DNA of 64,000 nucleotides from Spirochaetales bacterium (lineage in GTDB: Bacteria > Spirochaetota > Spirochaetia > SZUA-6 > RPPD01). The stretch's first letter is position 1; the number at the start of each line of letters is the position of its first letter. Positions 12,211-22,701 of the stretch are shown in pieces. The stretch lies in the NCBI GenBank assembly GCA_016934415.1, contig JAFGSW010000039.1, positions 4,224-68,223 of the forward strand, written 5' to 3'. The position numbers were made by a program, and so were the translations under genes. A model generated the notes under the pieces. That model did no database searches. It saw nothing but the letters and a program-made list of their open reading frames with translations, and was not told the origin of the DNA.

Positions 12211-12368
12211 CACGGATAGGGAATGGGTAAAAAGTTATTCGGTGAAAAAAACTATATTCGGCCTTTTTATATTTTTTTAAAATATAACATGAATTACGAT
12301 GTTCTTTTTTGTTTCCTCTTCTCCACATCCGTGTGATCCGTCCGATCCGTGTTATCCGTGGTTCTCTT
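12181..12368. repeat. intergenic inverted-repeat element, CACGGAT family
   Basis: Arms cacggatgggcacggattggacggataacacggat and atccgtgtgatccgtccgatccgtgttatccgtgg; the left arm encodes the rsmA C-terminus. Confidence 0.6.
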
Positions 12369-12399
12369 TTAGGAAGTTGAGTCTTCATGACAAGCAGAG

Positions 12400-13008
12400 C
12401 TAAACGAACAAGTCGGCCATCCGGACCCCGCCCTCCCGGCGCGCTTTCTCCCGGGCGATCTCCCTCTTCGTGTCCATCTCCATCTGGTAGGCCTTGGCCG
12501 CCACCTGCATGTCGGCGCCCGATGGATCGCCGGGCGCGAAGGCGGCGTTGATGATCGCCTGCGCCCTGCGCAGGGTGGCTTCGGGATCGCCGGGCACGGG
12601 CTGGAGGTTGACCGGGATCGATCCGCCCACCGCGTACATGTTCCCGTCCGGTCCCATCACGTAATCGTACTGCACCGGTCCGGCCGCGTTTCCCCCCATG
12701 GCCGCCAGGTGCGCGGCCTCGTGCGCCTTTACCTCGCCGTCGATCGCCTGCAGGCGGGTGAGCCGCGCCCGCTCGGCCAGATCGACCGGCCGGTCGTCGC
12801 GCGGACGCGCGTTTCGCGCTGCCTGAGTTCGGGATGAACGGAGACGCGAGTATTCGAGGAGCATGCTCAGGGCGCCCTTGCGGGCCGTGGTCGAACTGGA
12901 AGGTGAGGCGTTCAGGTTTCCGCGCGCTTCGATCATCGGCATCGGTCTCCTCGAACGGGCGGGGAACAACTCCCCGCTGCAAGCTTCGTCCCCGGCGTCG
13001 GGAATCAA
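12400..13008 (-). CDS. putative HExxH metalloprotease-like protein; start uncertain
   Basis: HEAAHLAA followed by YDYVMGPDGNMYAVGG; amino-acid composition is natural, unlike the overlapping R/G-rich 12149..13042 frame. Confidence 0.4.
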   Translation of the reverse strand: MIPDAGDEACSGELFPARSRRPMPMIEARGNLNASPSSSTTARKGALSMLLEYSRLRSSRTQAARNARPRDDRPVDLAERARLTRLQAIDGEVKAHEAAHLAAMGGNAAGPVQYDYVMGPDGNMYAVGGSIPVNLQPVPGDPEATLRRAQAIINAAFAPGDPSGADMQVAAKAYQMEMDTKREIAREKARREGGVRMADLFV

Positions 13009-13061
13009 AACTGCTTACATCTATAATAAACGCCTTTTCCAAGGCAGTTTAAAACCACCCG

Positions 13062-13595
13062 CTAAATATCCAGCAGCTTCGCGTCCTCCCCCTCGTCCAT
13101 GAACTCCGGGAAGGTGTACACCACCGTGCCGGATTGCCGTACCCTCATTTCGATGAATCCCTTGGCCGCGAGCTCTTCCAGATTTTTCTTCGCCTCCCTG
13201 ATGGGGATGTTGCCCTCCAGCGCCACTTCTCCCGGCGTCACCAGGCCCTTGTTTTTCTTGGCCGTGCGCAGGATCACCTGCTCGGGCGATTCCTTCTCCC
13301 GCTTGACCCGCGCCTTCATCGCCTTGAGCTCGGGGATGACGCTGTCGTGCGCGAGGACGGCGTGGTATTTCGCTTCCATGTTGGCTTCGCGGATCTGGGG
13401 AGGGAGGGTGAGAAGATCGTAGAAGGCAAGAATGTGCCCCAGGCCGGGAATAAAGCGGAGCCAGGTGCCCACTCCGTATTTCTTCATGTAGAGGCGATGA
13501 AAACCGGGGAAGCCGATATAAAAACCGAGCGCCAGCAGAATATACGCGAAACCGATGTTGAGATCGCCTTCTCCGTGTCTCCGGTAACGGCTCAT
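13062..13595 (-). CDS. TM2 domain membrane protein with C-terminal cytoplasmic domain
   Basis: NIGFAYILLALGFYIGFPGFHRLYM TM2-like N-terminus. Confidence 0.55.
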   Translation of the reverse strand: MSRYRRHGEGDLNIGFAYILLALGFYIGFPGFHRLYMKKYGVGTWLRFIPGLGHILAFYDLLTLPPQIREANMEAKYHAVLAHDSVIPELKAMKARVKREKESPEQVILRTAKKNKGLVTPGEVALEGNIPIREAKKNLEELAAKGFIEMRVRQSGTVVYTFPEFMDEGEDAKLLDI

Positions 13596-13693
13596 CTGAA
13601 GAATCCCGCCTCTCGTTTTTTTTCAATATAGCTTTCCCGAAAAAGAAAAGCAACAGGCACGGCCCGCCGTCAAGGTATGGTGAAGGAGGATCC

Positions 13694-15241
13694 ATGCTGT
13701 CCAATATCGCGAGCCACGCACTGGTGGGCCTCGAGGGCGAGATTATTTCCGTGGAGGTCGATATCAGGCGCGGCATGCCGGGCATCGACATGGTCGGGCT
13801 GCCGGACAACGCGATGCGCGAGGCCAAGGAACGCGTGCGCGTCGCCATCAGGAACTCAGGCTTCGAATTCCCCCACGACCGGATCCTGGTGAGCCTCGCC
13901 CCGGCCGGGATGCGCAAGGGCGGCGCCTCGTTCGACCTGCCCATTGCGCTGGGCATTCTCGCCGCTTCGGGCCAAGTCGACCTGCCCGCGGGTTGTCCAC
14001 CGCTCGTTCTGGGCGAGCTCAACTTGAGCGGACGGGTGCGGCCCATCCACGGTGTCATCGCGGCGGTAGAGCACGGGCTGGGCCGGAAGCTTGAGGATTT
14101 TCTCATCCCGGCCGACAACCTGACCGAAGCGCGCATCCTGGGGCGGGGAAACGTGTGCGGCATCACCGACCTGGCCCAGGCCGCGCTCCTCTTGACGAGC
14201 GGCTTCGCGGAAGGCCGTATGCCCGAACCCGGGGAATCCGCCCCGCCGGAGAGCCCGCCGCAGGAGGCGTACGGGGACCTGGCCGACCTCAAGGGCCACC
14301 TCGTGCTCAAGCGCGCGCTCGAGATCGCAGTGGCCGGACGCCACCATCTCCTCCTCTTCGGACCGCCGGGGAGCGGCAAGACGATGGCCGCCCGGCGCCT
14401 GCCGGGCATTCTGCCGCCGCTCTCCGCCGAGGAGTCGCTCGAGGTGACGCGCATTCACTCGGTGGCGGGTACGCTCGACAACGGCGGTCGCCTCATCACC
14501 CGGCCTCCCTTCCGGGCGCCGCACCATTCCGCCTCCCTGGAAGGCGTGATCGGCGGCGGCAAGTGGTGCCGGCCGGGAGAGGTCTCACTGGCTCACCGCG
14601 GCGTATTGTTTCTCGACGAGGCGCCCGAATTCCGGCGCGGGCTCATGCAGTCCCTGCGCGAGCCGATCGAGCAGCAATCGGTCACGATCGTGCGCGCAGA
14701 CCAGAAGGTGAGCTTCCCCTCGTCTTTCCAGCTCGTGCTCACCGCCAATCCCTGTCCCTGCGGCAACCTCGGTCGGCAGGATAAGGTCTGCCTCTGCAGC
14801 CCGGAGGAGGTCAACCGCTACTGGCGGCGCCTGGGCGGCGCGCTTCTCGACCGGGTGGATATCCGCGTGCCGGTGAAGCCGGTGAGGGCCTACGATCTTA
14901 CCGGGAGCCGGACTGAGTCGAGTGACGAGGTGCGCGAACGGATCGAGCGCGTCGCGGCCGTGCAGGCCGAGCGGTACCGCGGGCTGTCGTTTTCCCGCAA
15001 CGGCCAGCTTCCCGCCGGCCTCATCGAAAAATACTGCCCGCTCGACGGCGAGACGCTCTCGCTGCTTTCCCGGGCCGTGGAAAAACTCTCGCTCTCGTCG
15101 CGCGCCTTCCATTCCATCCTGAAGATCGCGCGCACCATCGCCGACCTCGAGGGGGAGGAGAAGATCGGGAAGGAGGCGCTCCTCGAGGCCGTCCAGCACC
15201 GCCGTTACGGGGAGGAGAACGCGTTCTGGGGGTACGGTTGA
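13694..15241 (+). CDS. yifB: YifB/ComM family Mg-chelatase-like AAA+ ATPase
   Basis: GPPGSGKTM Walker A and N-terminal Lon-like domain. Confidence 0.9.
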   Translation: MLSNIASHALVGLEGEIISVEVDIRRGMPGIDMVGLPDNAMREAKERVRVAIRNSGFEFPHDRILVSLAPAGMRKGGASFDLPIALGILAASGQVDLPAGCPPLVLGELNLSGRVRPIHGVIAAVEHGLGRKLEDFLIPADNLTEARILGRGNVCGITDLAQAALLLTSGFAEGRMPEPGESAPPESPPQEAYGDLADLKGHLVLKRALEIAVAGRHHLLLFGPPGSGKTMAARRLPGILPPLSAEESLEVTRIHSVAGTLDNGGRLITRPPFRAPHHSASLEGVIGGGKWCRPGEVSLAHRGVLFLDEAPEFRRGLMQSLREPIEQQSVTIVRADQKVSFPSSFQLVLTANPCPCGNLGRQDKVCLCSPEEVNRYWRRLGGALLDRVDIRVPVKPVRAYDLTGSRTESSDEVRERIERVAAVQAERYRGLSFSRNGQLPAGLIEKYCPLDGETLSLLSRAVEKLSLSSRAFHSILKIARTIADLEGEEKIGKEALLEAVQHRRYGEENAFWGYG

Positions 15242-15291
15242 AAAATCCGGCAGGTGACGGAAAGGAGGAGAAGCGACTACCGATTTTTTCC

Positions 15292-15345
15292 TTGACAGAG
15301 TGCTTCTTTCCTCGTACTTTAAAAAATGAAAACCATTACCATTTA
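15292..15345 (+). promoter_or_regulatory. ttgaca promoter plus Fur-type box AAAATGAAAACCATT
   Basis: The ttgacagagtg string is shared with the fur promoter; the box matches the consensus. Confidence 0.5.
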
Positions 15346-15366
15346 CTGGAAAGAAAGGATAAAAAT

Positions 15367-15747
15367 ATGACGGAAGGCAGAGTGGCTGTTCCCAGCCTGG
15401 GGAAGGGCGGTTTGGAGTGCCGGCGTTCCGGGCATTTCGGGCATTGCGACGCGTTTACTATCGTTGATATTAAGGAAGGAAAGATCGACGGAGTGTCGGC
15501 GATTCCCAACGCGGAGCATTCCCAGGGAGGCTGCCTGGTACCGGTCGATCTCCTGGCCGCGCAGAAGGTAAACGCCTTGATCGCCGGAGGAATGGGCATG
15601 CGGCCGCTCATGGGCTTCCAGGATGCCGGGATCGACGTGTACTTCGACTCGGCGAATCCGGGCGTGAAGGAAGCCGTGGAAGCCTTATTGGCGGGATCAC
15701 TCGAGAAAATGACCGAAAACCACGTGTGCGGGGGCGGCCACCATTAA
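15367..15747 (+). CDS. NifB/NifX-family (Nitro_FeMo-Co domain) protein
   Basis: HFGHCDAFTIVD motif; candidate Fur box plus ttgaca promoter directly upstream. Confidence 0.7.
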   Translation: MTEGRVAVPSLGKGGLECRRSGHFGHCDAFTIVDIKEGKIDGVSAIPNAEHSQGGCLVPVDLLAAQKVNALIAGGMGMRPLMGFQDAGIDVYFDSANPGVKEAVEALLAGSLEKMTENHVCGGGHH

Positions 15748-15832
15748 CGATACTTGCACAAGGAGCCTCTTCGGGACCGGTACGGCTGCCGCGGGGAGAA
15801 TCCTATAAGTAATAAACTATGAGGAGTTTTCT

Positions 15833-16513
15833 ATGGACGAGCAAGCGAAGACGTACGCCATGCCGCTGATAGGCGATCCGGCCCCGGCCTTCAAGGCCAA
15901 AACGACACAGGGAGAAATCAATTTTCCCGACGATTTCAAAGGCAAATGGGTTATTCTCTTCAGCCATCCGGCCGATTTCACCCCCGTCTGCACCACCGAG
16001 TTCATGACTTTTGCGACCATGCAGGCGGATTTGAGAAAAATAAACACTGAACTTATCGGTCTTTCCATCGACAGTCTCTATGCCCACATCGCGTGGCTCA
16101 GAACCATCAAGGAGAAGATCGAATACAAGGGCATGAAAAACGTCGAAGTGAATTTCCCCTTGATTGAGGATATCAAGATGGAAGTCGCGAAAACGTACGG
16201 TATGCTCCAGCCCGGAGCCTCCACCACCCAGGCGGTACGAGCCGTTTTCATCATCGATCCGGCGGCCAAGGTGCGGGCCATTCTCTACTACCCGCTTTCT
16301 TGCGGTCGGAATATGGACGAAATCAAGCGCCTGATTCTGGCCATGCAGAAGGCGGACAAGGACAACGTGGCCACCCCGGCCAACTGGCAGCCGGGCGACG
16401 ACGTCATCATTCCGCCGCCCGGTTCCTGCGGCACGGCCAAGGAGCGGGTGGAGAAGAAGGAAGAGGGAAAATACTGCCTCGACTGGTTCATGTGTTTTAA
16501 GAAAGACAAGTAG
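15833..16513 (+). CDS. peroxiredoxin (Prx6 / 1-Cys type)
   Basis: FTPVCTTE peroxidatic Cys motif. Confidence 0.9.
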   Translation: MDEQAKTYAMPLIGDPAPAFKAKTTQGEINFPDDFKGKWVILFSHPADFTPVCTTEFMTFATMQADLRKINTELIGLSIDSLYAHIAWLRTIKEKIEYKGMKNVEVNFPLIEDIKMEVAKTYGMLQPGASTTQAVRAVFIIDPAAKVRAILYYPLSCGRNMDEIKRLILAMQKADKDNVATPANWQPGDDVIIPPPGSCGTAKERVEKKEEGKYCLDWFMCFKKDK

Positions 16514-16641
16514 TCGGTTGACGCAATGGCGGCCGCCGCGACCCCCTCGCCGGCACGGCGGCCGACCATTCGTCGGCGTTTCCGGTCCTCGGAGGAATCG
16601 GAGAACAATATGTCATCCGATGTTGTCGCTTCCGCTTAGAA

Positions 16642-17157
16642 TTATGCACCCCTGCGCGTCGCTCTTCCTATGCGATTTTTTAAAAATCGCCAGAGTCCCA
16701 GGGGAAGATTGAAGCCGGGCACTTCTTTCATATACGTTCGGTACTCATCGCCGAATTTTTCGATGCCGTCCCTGTCCGCGCCGACGATGCTTGCGATTCC
16801 CAGGATGAAGGCGGGAACGCCCAGTGCGATGACGATCCAATGCTGGGAAAGGAGGGCCAGCGCCGTCGGGATGAGCGGCATGCAGAGAAACTGCGGGTGG
16901 CGGACGATGCCGAAAATACCGCGTGTCACCAGCCGCGTGGTCTTCATGTAGCTTTCGCCCTTGTGAACGCCGCCGTACAGTTTAAGCGTCACGATGGGAA
17001 GCACTCCCAAAAGACAGCACAATGCCCACAGGCAATGCCCGAGAATCCGCAGCACTGGGATTCCGGGAACCGAAAAAAAGAACAAGAGAACGATTTGCCC
17101 CACCATCAAGAGCCCGGCGATCAAGGAGACGAGGAATGAAGTCTTTCGTCGATCCAT
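16642..17157 (-). CDS. ICMT/PEMT-family membrane methyltransferase (paralog 1)
   Basis: VRHPQFL motif in a multi-TM protein; start chosen at MDRRKTSF. Confidence 0.6.
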   Translation of the reverse strand: MDRRKTSFLVSLIAGLLMVGQIVLLFFFSVPGIPVLRILGHCLWALCCLLGVLPIVTLKLYGGVHKGESYMKTTRLVTRGIFGIVRHPQFLCMPLIPTALALLSQHWIVIALGVPAFILGIASIVGADRDGIEKFGDEYRTYMKEVPGFNLPLGLWRFLKNRIGRATRRGA

Positions 17158-17352
17158 ACGACTTCCCTTTCCGGCCGGTACGGAAACGAACACGGCGTCC
17201 CGTCCATTCGCCCCTTCCCGCAGCCGCGGCCGTCGGCTGCGGGAAGCCCCTGCGTCTCTTTTTCGCCGCCGGAGCAGCGGCGCGTATTTACCGGCGAAGG
17301 TGTGCAAGTGCGATGATCCGGAATACGTCTATATGCGGTTCCTTATCCGGTT

Positions 17353-18423
17353 TCACGGGCGGTCGGCGGCCATGCCGGCGCCTTTCAGTTCTGCATACGC
17401 TTCATTCAATAATTGCTCCGTTTCCTCCCACCCAATACACGCGTCCGTAATCGATTGTCCGTAGGTAAGCGCGGACGGATCGCCCTTCGGTTTTTGCGCC
17501 CCTTCCTTGAGATTGCTTTCGAGCATGAAGCCGACGATCGAGGTCCGGCCTTCCGCCCTCTGGCGGATGACGGAGGAAAGAACGCGCCTCTGGCGCGCCG
17601 GCTGTTTCCCCGAATTGCCGTGGCTGCAGTCGATGATGACCGCCGGGTCGACGCCGAGGTCGAAGATCGATTTCTCCGCCAGTTCGACCGTCTCTTCATG
17701 ATAGTTGGGGCCGGCCGTTCCGCCCCGCAAAATCAGGTGCGCCAGCTCATTGCCCGCCGTGGCCAGGATCGTCGTGCGGCCCTCCTCGTCTATCCCCAGG
17801 AAATGCTGCGGATGACGGGCCGATTCCATGGCGTTCAAGGCCGGCTTCAGGTCGCCGGACGTCGCGTTCTTGAATCCGACCGGCATGGAGAGACCGCTCG
17901 CCATCTCGCGGTGCTTCTGGCTCTCGGTGGTGCGCGCGCCCACGGACGCCCAGCTGATGAGGTCGGCGATGTACTGCGGAATGATCGGGTCGAGCATTTC
18001 CGTGCCGCAGGGCAGGCCGAGGGCGGTGACGTCAAGGAGGAGTTTTCTCGCCAGCCGAAGGCCGGTTTCAATGTCGAAACTTCCGTCGAGCCGGGGATCG
18101 GTGATGAGCCCCTTCCAGCCCATTACCGTGCGCGGCTTTTCGAAATACGTCCGCATGACGACGACCATCCGGTCGCGGACGCGTTCGCCCAGTGGCGCGA
18201 GCCTGAGCGCGTAATCGAGCGCCGCCTTCGGGTCGTGGATCGAGCAGGGACCGACCACGGCGAGGAGGCGGGGGTCCTCGCGGCGGAGGATGCGCGCGAT
18301 CATATCACGGCTTTCCGTCACGGTCCGGTTGCTTTTCTCGGTCATGGGCAATTCGCGTTTGAGGAGCGCGGGGGAGAGGAGCGTCCGGCTGCCGGTGATA
18401 CGGAGATCGCTGGTCGGCTTCAT
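17353..18423 (-). CDS. aroG: 3-deoxy-7-phosphoheptulonate synthase (DAHP synthase class I)
   Basis: GPCSIHDP motif and full-length family architecture. Confidence 0.9.
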   Translation of the reverse strand: MKPTSDLRITGSRTLLSPALLKRELPMTEKSNRTVTESRDMIARILRREDPRLLAVVGPCSIHDPKAALDYALRLAPLGERVRDRMVVVMRTYFEKPRTVMGWKGLITDPRLDGSFDIETGLRLARKLLLDVTALGLPCGTEMLDPIIPQYIADLISWASVGARTTESQKHREMASGLSMPVGFKNATSGDLKPALNAMESARHPQHFLGIDEEGRTTILATAGNELAHLILRGGTAGPNYHEETVELAEKSIFDLGVDPAVIIDCSHGNSGKQPARQRRVLSSVIRQRAEGRTSIVGFMLESNLKEGAQKPKGDPSALTYGQSITDACIGWEETEQLLNEAYAELKGAGMAADRP

Positions 18424-19244
18424 GAGGCGCCTCCCGGAAAGGCGGTGATCTTTTCGACGATGTCGTTCATGATTTTTCCGGCCTCCGCGTCCTTCAAGCC
18501 GTGAATGAAAGGGGTGCCCGCGTCCCCGTGCGCGGCCAGCTTCGCCTCGAGGGGTATCCGGCCCAGGAAAGGCACTCCGAAATCTGCCGCCGCCCGCTCC
18601 CCGCCGCCGGTCCCGAAGAGGTTGGTGACGTTGCCGCAGTGCGGGCAGACGAAGCCGCTCATGTTTTCGATGACGCCGATGACGGGCACCTTGAGCTGCC
18701 TGGCGAAGGAGACGGTCTTGCGCGCGTCGAGCACGGCCACGTCCTGCGGGGTGGTGACGACGATCGCTCCGGTGACGTTGGGGATGAGTTGGCAGGCGCT
18801 CAGGGGCTCGTCGCCCGTGCCGGGGGGGGAATCGATGACGAGGTAGTCGAGCTCGCCCCAGTTGACGTCGCTCAAGAATTGCTTGATGACGCCCATTTTC
18901 ATCGGTCCGCGCCAGATGATGGGGCTGTCGCGGTCTTCCATGAGCAGGGCGATGCTCATCGCCTTGAGGTTGGGGAGAACGGGGAACGGCTCCAGCCCCT
19001 CCGCCCCGCCGGGGATCGTCTCCCCTTCCACGCCGAGCATCTTGGCGATGTTGGGGCCGTGGAGGTCGATGTCCATGATCCCGACGGAAAGCCCCTTCAG
19101 GGCGAGACCGACCGCCAGGTTGATGGAGACGGTCGTTTTTCCCACGCCGCCCTTGCCGCTCAGGACGATGATCGTATGCTTGATGCGCTTCAGGGTTTTC
19201 TCAAGGCGCATGTCCTGCTCGCGTTGTTCCGTTGTTTTCTCCAT
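18420..19244 (-). CDS. apbC: Mrp/ApbC Fe-S cluster carrier ATPase
   Basis: SGKGGVGKTT Walker A and CPHC motif; start taken at MEKTTEQ. Confidence 0.85.
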   Translation of the reverse strand: MEKTTEQREQDMRLEKTLKRIKHTIIVLSGKGGVGKTTVSINLAVGLALKGLSVGIMDIDLHGPNIAKMLGVEGETIPGGAEGLEPFPVLPNLKAMSIALLMEDRDSPIIWRGPMKMGVIKQFLSDVNWGELDYLVIDSPPGTGDEPLSACQLIPNVTGAIVVTTPQDVAVLDARKTVSFARQLKVPVIGVIENMSGFVCPHCGNVTNLFGTGGGERAAADFGVPFLGRIPLEAKLAAHGDAGTPFIHGLKDAEAGKIMNDIVEKITAFPGGAS

Positions 19245-19255
19245 CCTATTCCCTT

Positions 19256-19624
19256 TCAATACCGGAGCAAGTAATCGGCGATCGCCTTGTGCAGGGCGCT
19301 CGCCGCCAGAATTGCGCAATGCCGGTGGTCCTCGGGCAGCCCGGCCAGCCCGTCGATGATCGCCTTCGGCGAGAGGCCGAGCGCCTCGGTTACGGTCCTG
19401 CCCTTGGCGAACTCCGTGGCGAACGAGCCGCAGGCGAACGTGGCCCCGCAGCCATCCGTTTGGAAGAGCGCGTCCGTGATGACGCCGTCCTCGACGACAA
19501 GATACATCTCCACCGTGTCCCCGCATAGTCCCTTGATCCAGGCGGCCCCGGTCGGGTCGTTCATCCGGCCCAGATTAACGGGCGCACGCGAATAACGTTC
19601 GTACGGGCTCGTTGTCGTTTCCAT
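19256..19624 (-). CDS. NifU/IscU-like Fe-S cluster scaffold protein
   Basis: GDTVEM..DGCGATFACGS motifs; candidate Fur box in its divergent upstream region. Confidence 0.75.
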   Translation of the reverse strand: METTTSPYERYSRAPVNLGRMNDPTGAAWIKGLCGDTVEMYLVVEDGVITDALFQTDGCGATFACGSFATEFAKGRTVTEALGLSPKAIIDGLAGLPEDHRHCAILAASALHKAIADYLLRY

Positions 19625-19685
19625 AAACCGGGATCTCCCTTCGCCTTTGGTGTTGACTCTATTCGGCGATCGTTCTAATTTAATA

Positions 19686-19706
19686 AAAATGAAAACCATT
19701 TTCAAT
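19686..19706. promoter_or_regulatory. Fur-type box AAAATGAAAACCATTTTCAAT in the divergent nifU-like / DUF1007-NicO region
   Basis: 20 of 21 positions match the reverse complement of the fur-promoter box. Confidence 0.6.
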
Positions 19707-19789
19707 ATACAGTCAGACCCCGCTTCACCGAGACGGGTCGACGATGCTTTTCGGGACGCGCGTGGCTGTCGGCGCGGGGAAGAAAAAAA

Positions 19790-20395
19790 ATGAGAACGCC
19801 GAGGCTCATCCTGGCGTGCGTCGGCTTTCTCTGCGCGTTCGCGGAGGACGCCCCGGCTCATCCGCACGTCTTTATCGAAAATTCGTTCACGTTCATGTTC
19901 GGCGGCGGACGCCTCAAGGGGATCGCGGTCACGTGGATCTTCGACGAAATGTTCAGCGCGTCGATCATCGTGGACAATGACCGTAATCGCAACGGAAAAT
20001 TCGAGGCGCGGGAAAGCAAGGCGATCGAGGAAGGCGCCTTTTCGAACCTGAAAAACTTCAATTATTTTCTTTTCATAGATGCCGGACGCGGCCGTCTGAA
20101 GATTCAGGCGGTCAGAGACTTTCATCCTGAAATACTGGGGAAGAGGCTCGTGTATCGTTTTTTCGTGCCGTTCGACGTCGACGCGGGCGCGGCGGGGAAA
20201 ACGCTTGCGGCGGGTTGCTTCGACAGCACGTATTTCTGCGACGTGACGTACGCCGCAATCGACCCGGTGACGGTCGAGGCGGACGAATTGACGAGCGTTT
20301 CCTGGGATCTCGTGAAAGACAAGAAGAACGCCTACTGGGGCGGGACGATCGTCCCGCGGGTGGTGCGACTGAAATTCAGGTTGAAGAATGAGTAG
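19790..20395 (+). CDS. DUF1007 periplasmic protein (partner of NicO transporters)
   Basis: Signal peptide with HPHVF motif; its end overlaps the NicO gene. Confidence 0.65.
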   Translation: MRTPRLILACVGFLCAFAEDAPAHPHVFIENSFTFMFGGGRLKGIAVTWIFDEMFSASIIVDNDRNRNGKFEARESKAIEEGAFSNLKNFNYFLFIDAGRGRLKIQAVRDFHPEILGKRLVYRFFVPFDVDAGAAGKTLAAGCFDSTYFCDVTYAAIDPVTVEADELTSVSWDLVKDKKNAYWGGTIVPRVVRLKFRLKNE

Positions 20396-21305
20396 AAGAA
20401 GCGCGATGGCGGCGGTATTCTTCCTCCTCGCGATTTTCGCCGCCGCCCAGGACAACCCGTTTTTCTCGGGAAGCGAACCGACCGCGAAACCGCCCGTTTC
20501 GTCCGCGTCCGGACTTTTCCAAGATATAGTCAACGGCGTTGTCGGACTGCAGCGCGACCTGAACGCCCGCTTGTCCGAGCTTTCGCGATCGGTCACGGAA
20601 GAGGGGAACGCAGGGGTCTTTTTTATCCTCCTCGCGGCGGCCTTCGGCTATGGGTTGGTACACGCGCTGGGACCGGGACACGGAAAGGTCGTGATGGCGT
20701 CGTACGCGCTGGCCAATCCCCTCAAAGCGAAGCAGGGAGTGTTGCTCGGCGCGGGGGTCGCCGTCGTTCACACGCTGTCGGCCGTGGTGTTGGTCACGGC
20801 GCTTTACCTGATTCTGAACAGTTCGTATCAGGCCTACGGCGGGATGCCGAAAAAAATCATTACGCTCGTAGGCTACGGACTTATCGCGGGAATGGGAGCG
20901 CTGTTGCTGGTGAGGGCCGTTTTTCGTCTGCGTCGTCCGGGCAGGGGAGATGCGATATCACCGCAAACGGAGGCCCCGGCGGCGGCCGGAAAAACGCGGG
21001 AGTTGGTCCTTCCCGCCCTGCTCATGGGGATGGTCCCCTGCGAGGGAGCCGTCCTCATCCTCGTTTTTTCACTTTCCATTGACGCGTTCTGGTTGGGAAT
21101 CTGTCTGTCGGCCGTCATGTCCGCCGGGATGGCGGTCACCATTTCGGTCGTGGGCTTGCTTGCCTTGGGCGCGAAAAAAGGCACGGCGGCGTTCCTGTCA
21201 AAAAGGAAAAATGCATTGCGGATATTGACGTCGCTGGTCCAGCTGTCGGGGGCCGCGGTCATCATGATGTTCGGCGCCGCGTTGTTCGCCGGCGGCCTGT
21301 GGTAA
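20388..21305 (+). CDS. nickel/cobalt transporter, NicO family
   Basis: HALGPGHGK motif in a multi-TM protein. Confidence 0.75.
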   Translation: MSRRSAMAAVFFLLAIFAAAQDNPFFSGSEPTAKPPVSSASGLFQDIVNGVVGLQRDLNARLSELSRSVTEEGNAGVFFILLAAAFGYGLVHALGPGHGKVVMASYALANPLKAKQGVLLGAGVAVVHTLSAVVLVTALYLILNSSYQAYGGMPKKIITLVGYGLIAGMGALLLVRAVFRLRRPGRGDAISPQTEAPAAAGKTRELVLPALLMGMVPCEGAVLILVFSLSIDAFWLGICLSAVMSAGMAVTISVVGLLALGAKKGTAAFLSKRKNALRILTSLVQLSGAAVIMMFGAALFAGGLW

Positions 21306-21348
21306 TATATTTTTTCGACTGCTTCAGCGAGCAGGAGGGGGGAAGGTC

Positions 21349-21690
21349 ATGCTCAACACAAATTTAAAGCATCTTATGACTGAAGAGGACGTGGCGCGGG
21401 CGATCAAAGAGCATGCGTCCGTCATGATCTGCTGCGGCCGGATGGGACCGATGTGCATCCCCGTGTACCGGGCGATGGAGAAGCTGGAAAACCGCTATCC
21501 GCGGGTGGCGTTTCGGGACATTGATTTCGATTCTCCGGCGGCGGATGGCATCAAGGCCTTGGATGAATGCGCCGCATTTATGAGCCTGCCCTTTACGGTT
21601 TACTACAAAGAGGGGAGGGTGGCGGCGGCCACGTCCGGCATTCAGTCGGAAAAGGAAATCACGGAAAGAATCGAACGCTCTTTCCAATAA
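21349..21690 (+). CDS. thioredoxin-fold protein
   Basis: Size and CGRMGPMC pattern; call is weak. Confidence 0.45.
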   Translation: MLNTNLKHLMTEEDVARAIKEHASVMICCGRMGPMCIPVYRAMEKLENRYPRVAFRDIDFDSPAADGIKALDECAAFMSLPFTVYYKEGRVAAATSGIQSEKEITERIERSFQ

Positions 21691-21823
21691 TCCGAGGAAA
21701 TCCTCAGACAAAATTCCGCGCTTCTTCGTCGTTATGTACAAAACGGGTCGGCATTGTCGCCGACGGCCGTTGCCGCCAAAGTGAATCCCGAATGAGCGCG
21801 GATGCCTGACAGCGAGGGAGAGC

Positions 21824-22699
21824 GTGATGGAAAACCGTATCAATGAAGCGACGTCGATGACCGCGGCCATGACCTGCTCGATCAGGGCGGCGTCTTTTTA
21901 TGAAAAAGATTCGTGTCTGAAATCCGATGATTTCGTCGCGCCGCTTCTTCTCCCCCGGATCATGCAGCCGATGGTAAGGTCGGGCCTCATCCGCCGGACG
22001 TTCATGCGGTTTCTGGCGCCGAAAGGAATCTATGAATACGTAATAGCCCGGACGAAATACATCGACGGAGCGCTTCAGGCCTCCTTGAACGACGGGGTCC
22101 GTCAGGTTGTCTTCTTCGGCGCCGGTTACGACACCAGGGCGATTCGGTTCCACGAATCCGGGCGTGGAACGATCTTCTATGAACTGGACTCGCCGCTTAC
22201 CCAGGAGGCTAAAATCGGGCAATTCCGGAAACGAGGGATCGTCGCGCCGCCCACGTGCCGCTTCATTCCGATCGACTTCAACCGTGAATCTCCCCAAGAA
22301 AAATTACGGGCGGCCGGATTCCATCCGGAGGAAAAATCGCTTTTCATCCTGGAGGGGGTGCTCATGTACCTGGGCGTCGAAGCCGTCGAGGAAACGCTGC
22401 GCATAATGCGGGAGCTTATGAGCCCCGGAAGCCGCGCCGTATGCGATTTCATTTATCGGTCCGTATTGCGCCGGGAAAATTTGTACTACGGCGAGGAGGG
22501 CATTTACAAGCGAGTTAATAAATACGGTGAGGCCTGGAAATTCGGGATCGAAAAATGCGATATGACTTCTTTTTTCCCCGCAAGGGGATTCCGCGTCGTC
22601 GAGATCGCCGATGCCGCTTTGCTGGAAGACAGGTTCCTGAAAGGCGAAAAACGGCATAGAATGAACGGTACCCATTGCATAGCGATGCTGGAAGGATAA
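21824..22699 (+). CDS. SAM-dependent O-methyltransferase, LCM/Ppm1-like
   Basis: VVFFGAGYDTRA motif. Confidence 0.65.
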   Translation: MMENRINEATSMTAAMTCSIRAASFYEKDSCLKSDDFVAPLLLPRIMQPMVRSGLIRRTFMRFLAPKGIYEYVIARTKYIDGALQASLNDGVRQVVFFGAGYDTRAIRFHESGRGTIFYELDSPLTQEAKIGQFRKRGIVAPPTCRFIPIDFNRESPQEKLRAAGFHPEEKSLFILEGVLMYLGVEAVEETLRIMRELMSPGSRAVCDFIYRSVLRRENLYYGEEGIYKRVNKYGEAWKFGIEKCDMTSFFPARGFRVVEIADAALLEDRFLKGEKRHRMNGTHCIAMLEG

Positions 22700-22701
22700 C
22701 C

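Noticed and set aside
12149-13042. 297-aa R/G-rich ORF overlapping the HExxH protein, and 13021..14454 opposite yifB
   Set aside because: Compositionally biased alternative frames. They were kept only as a caveat on the confidence of the overlapping 12400..13008 call.
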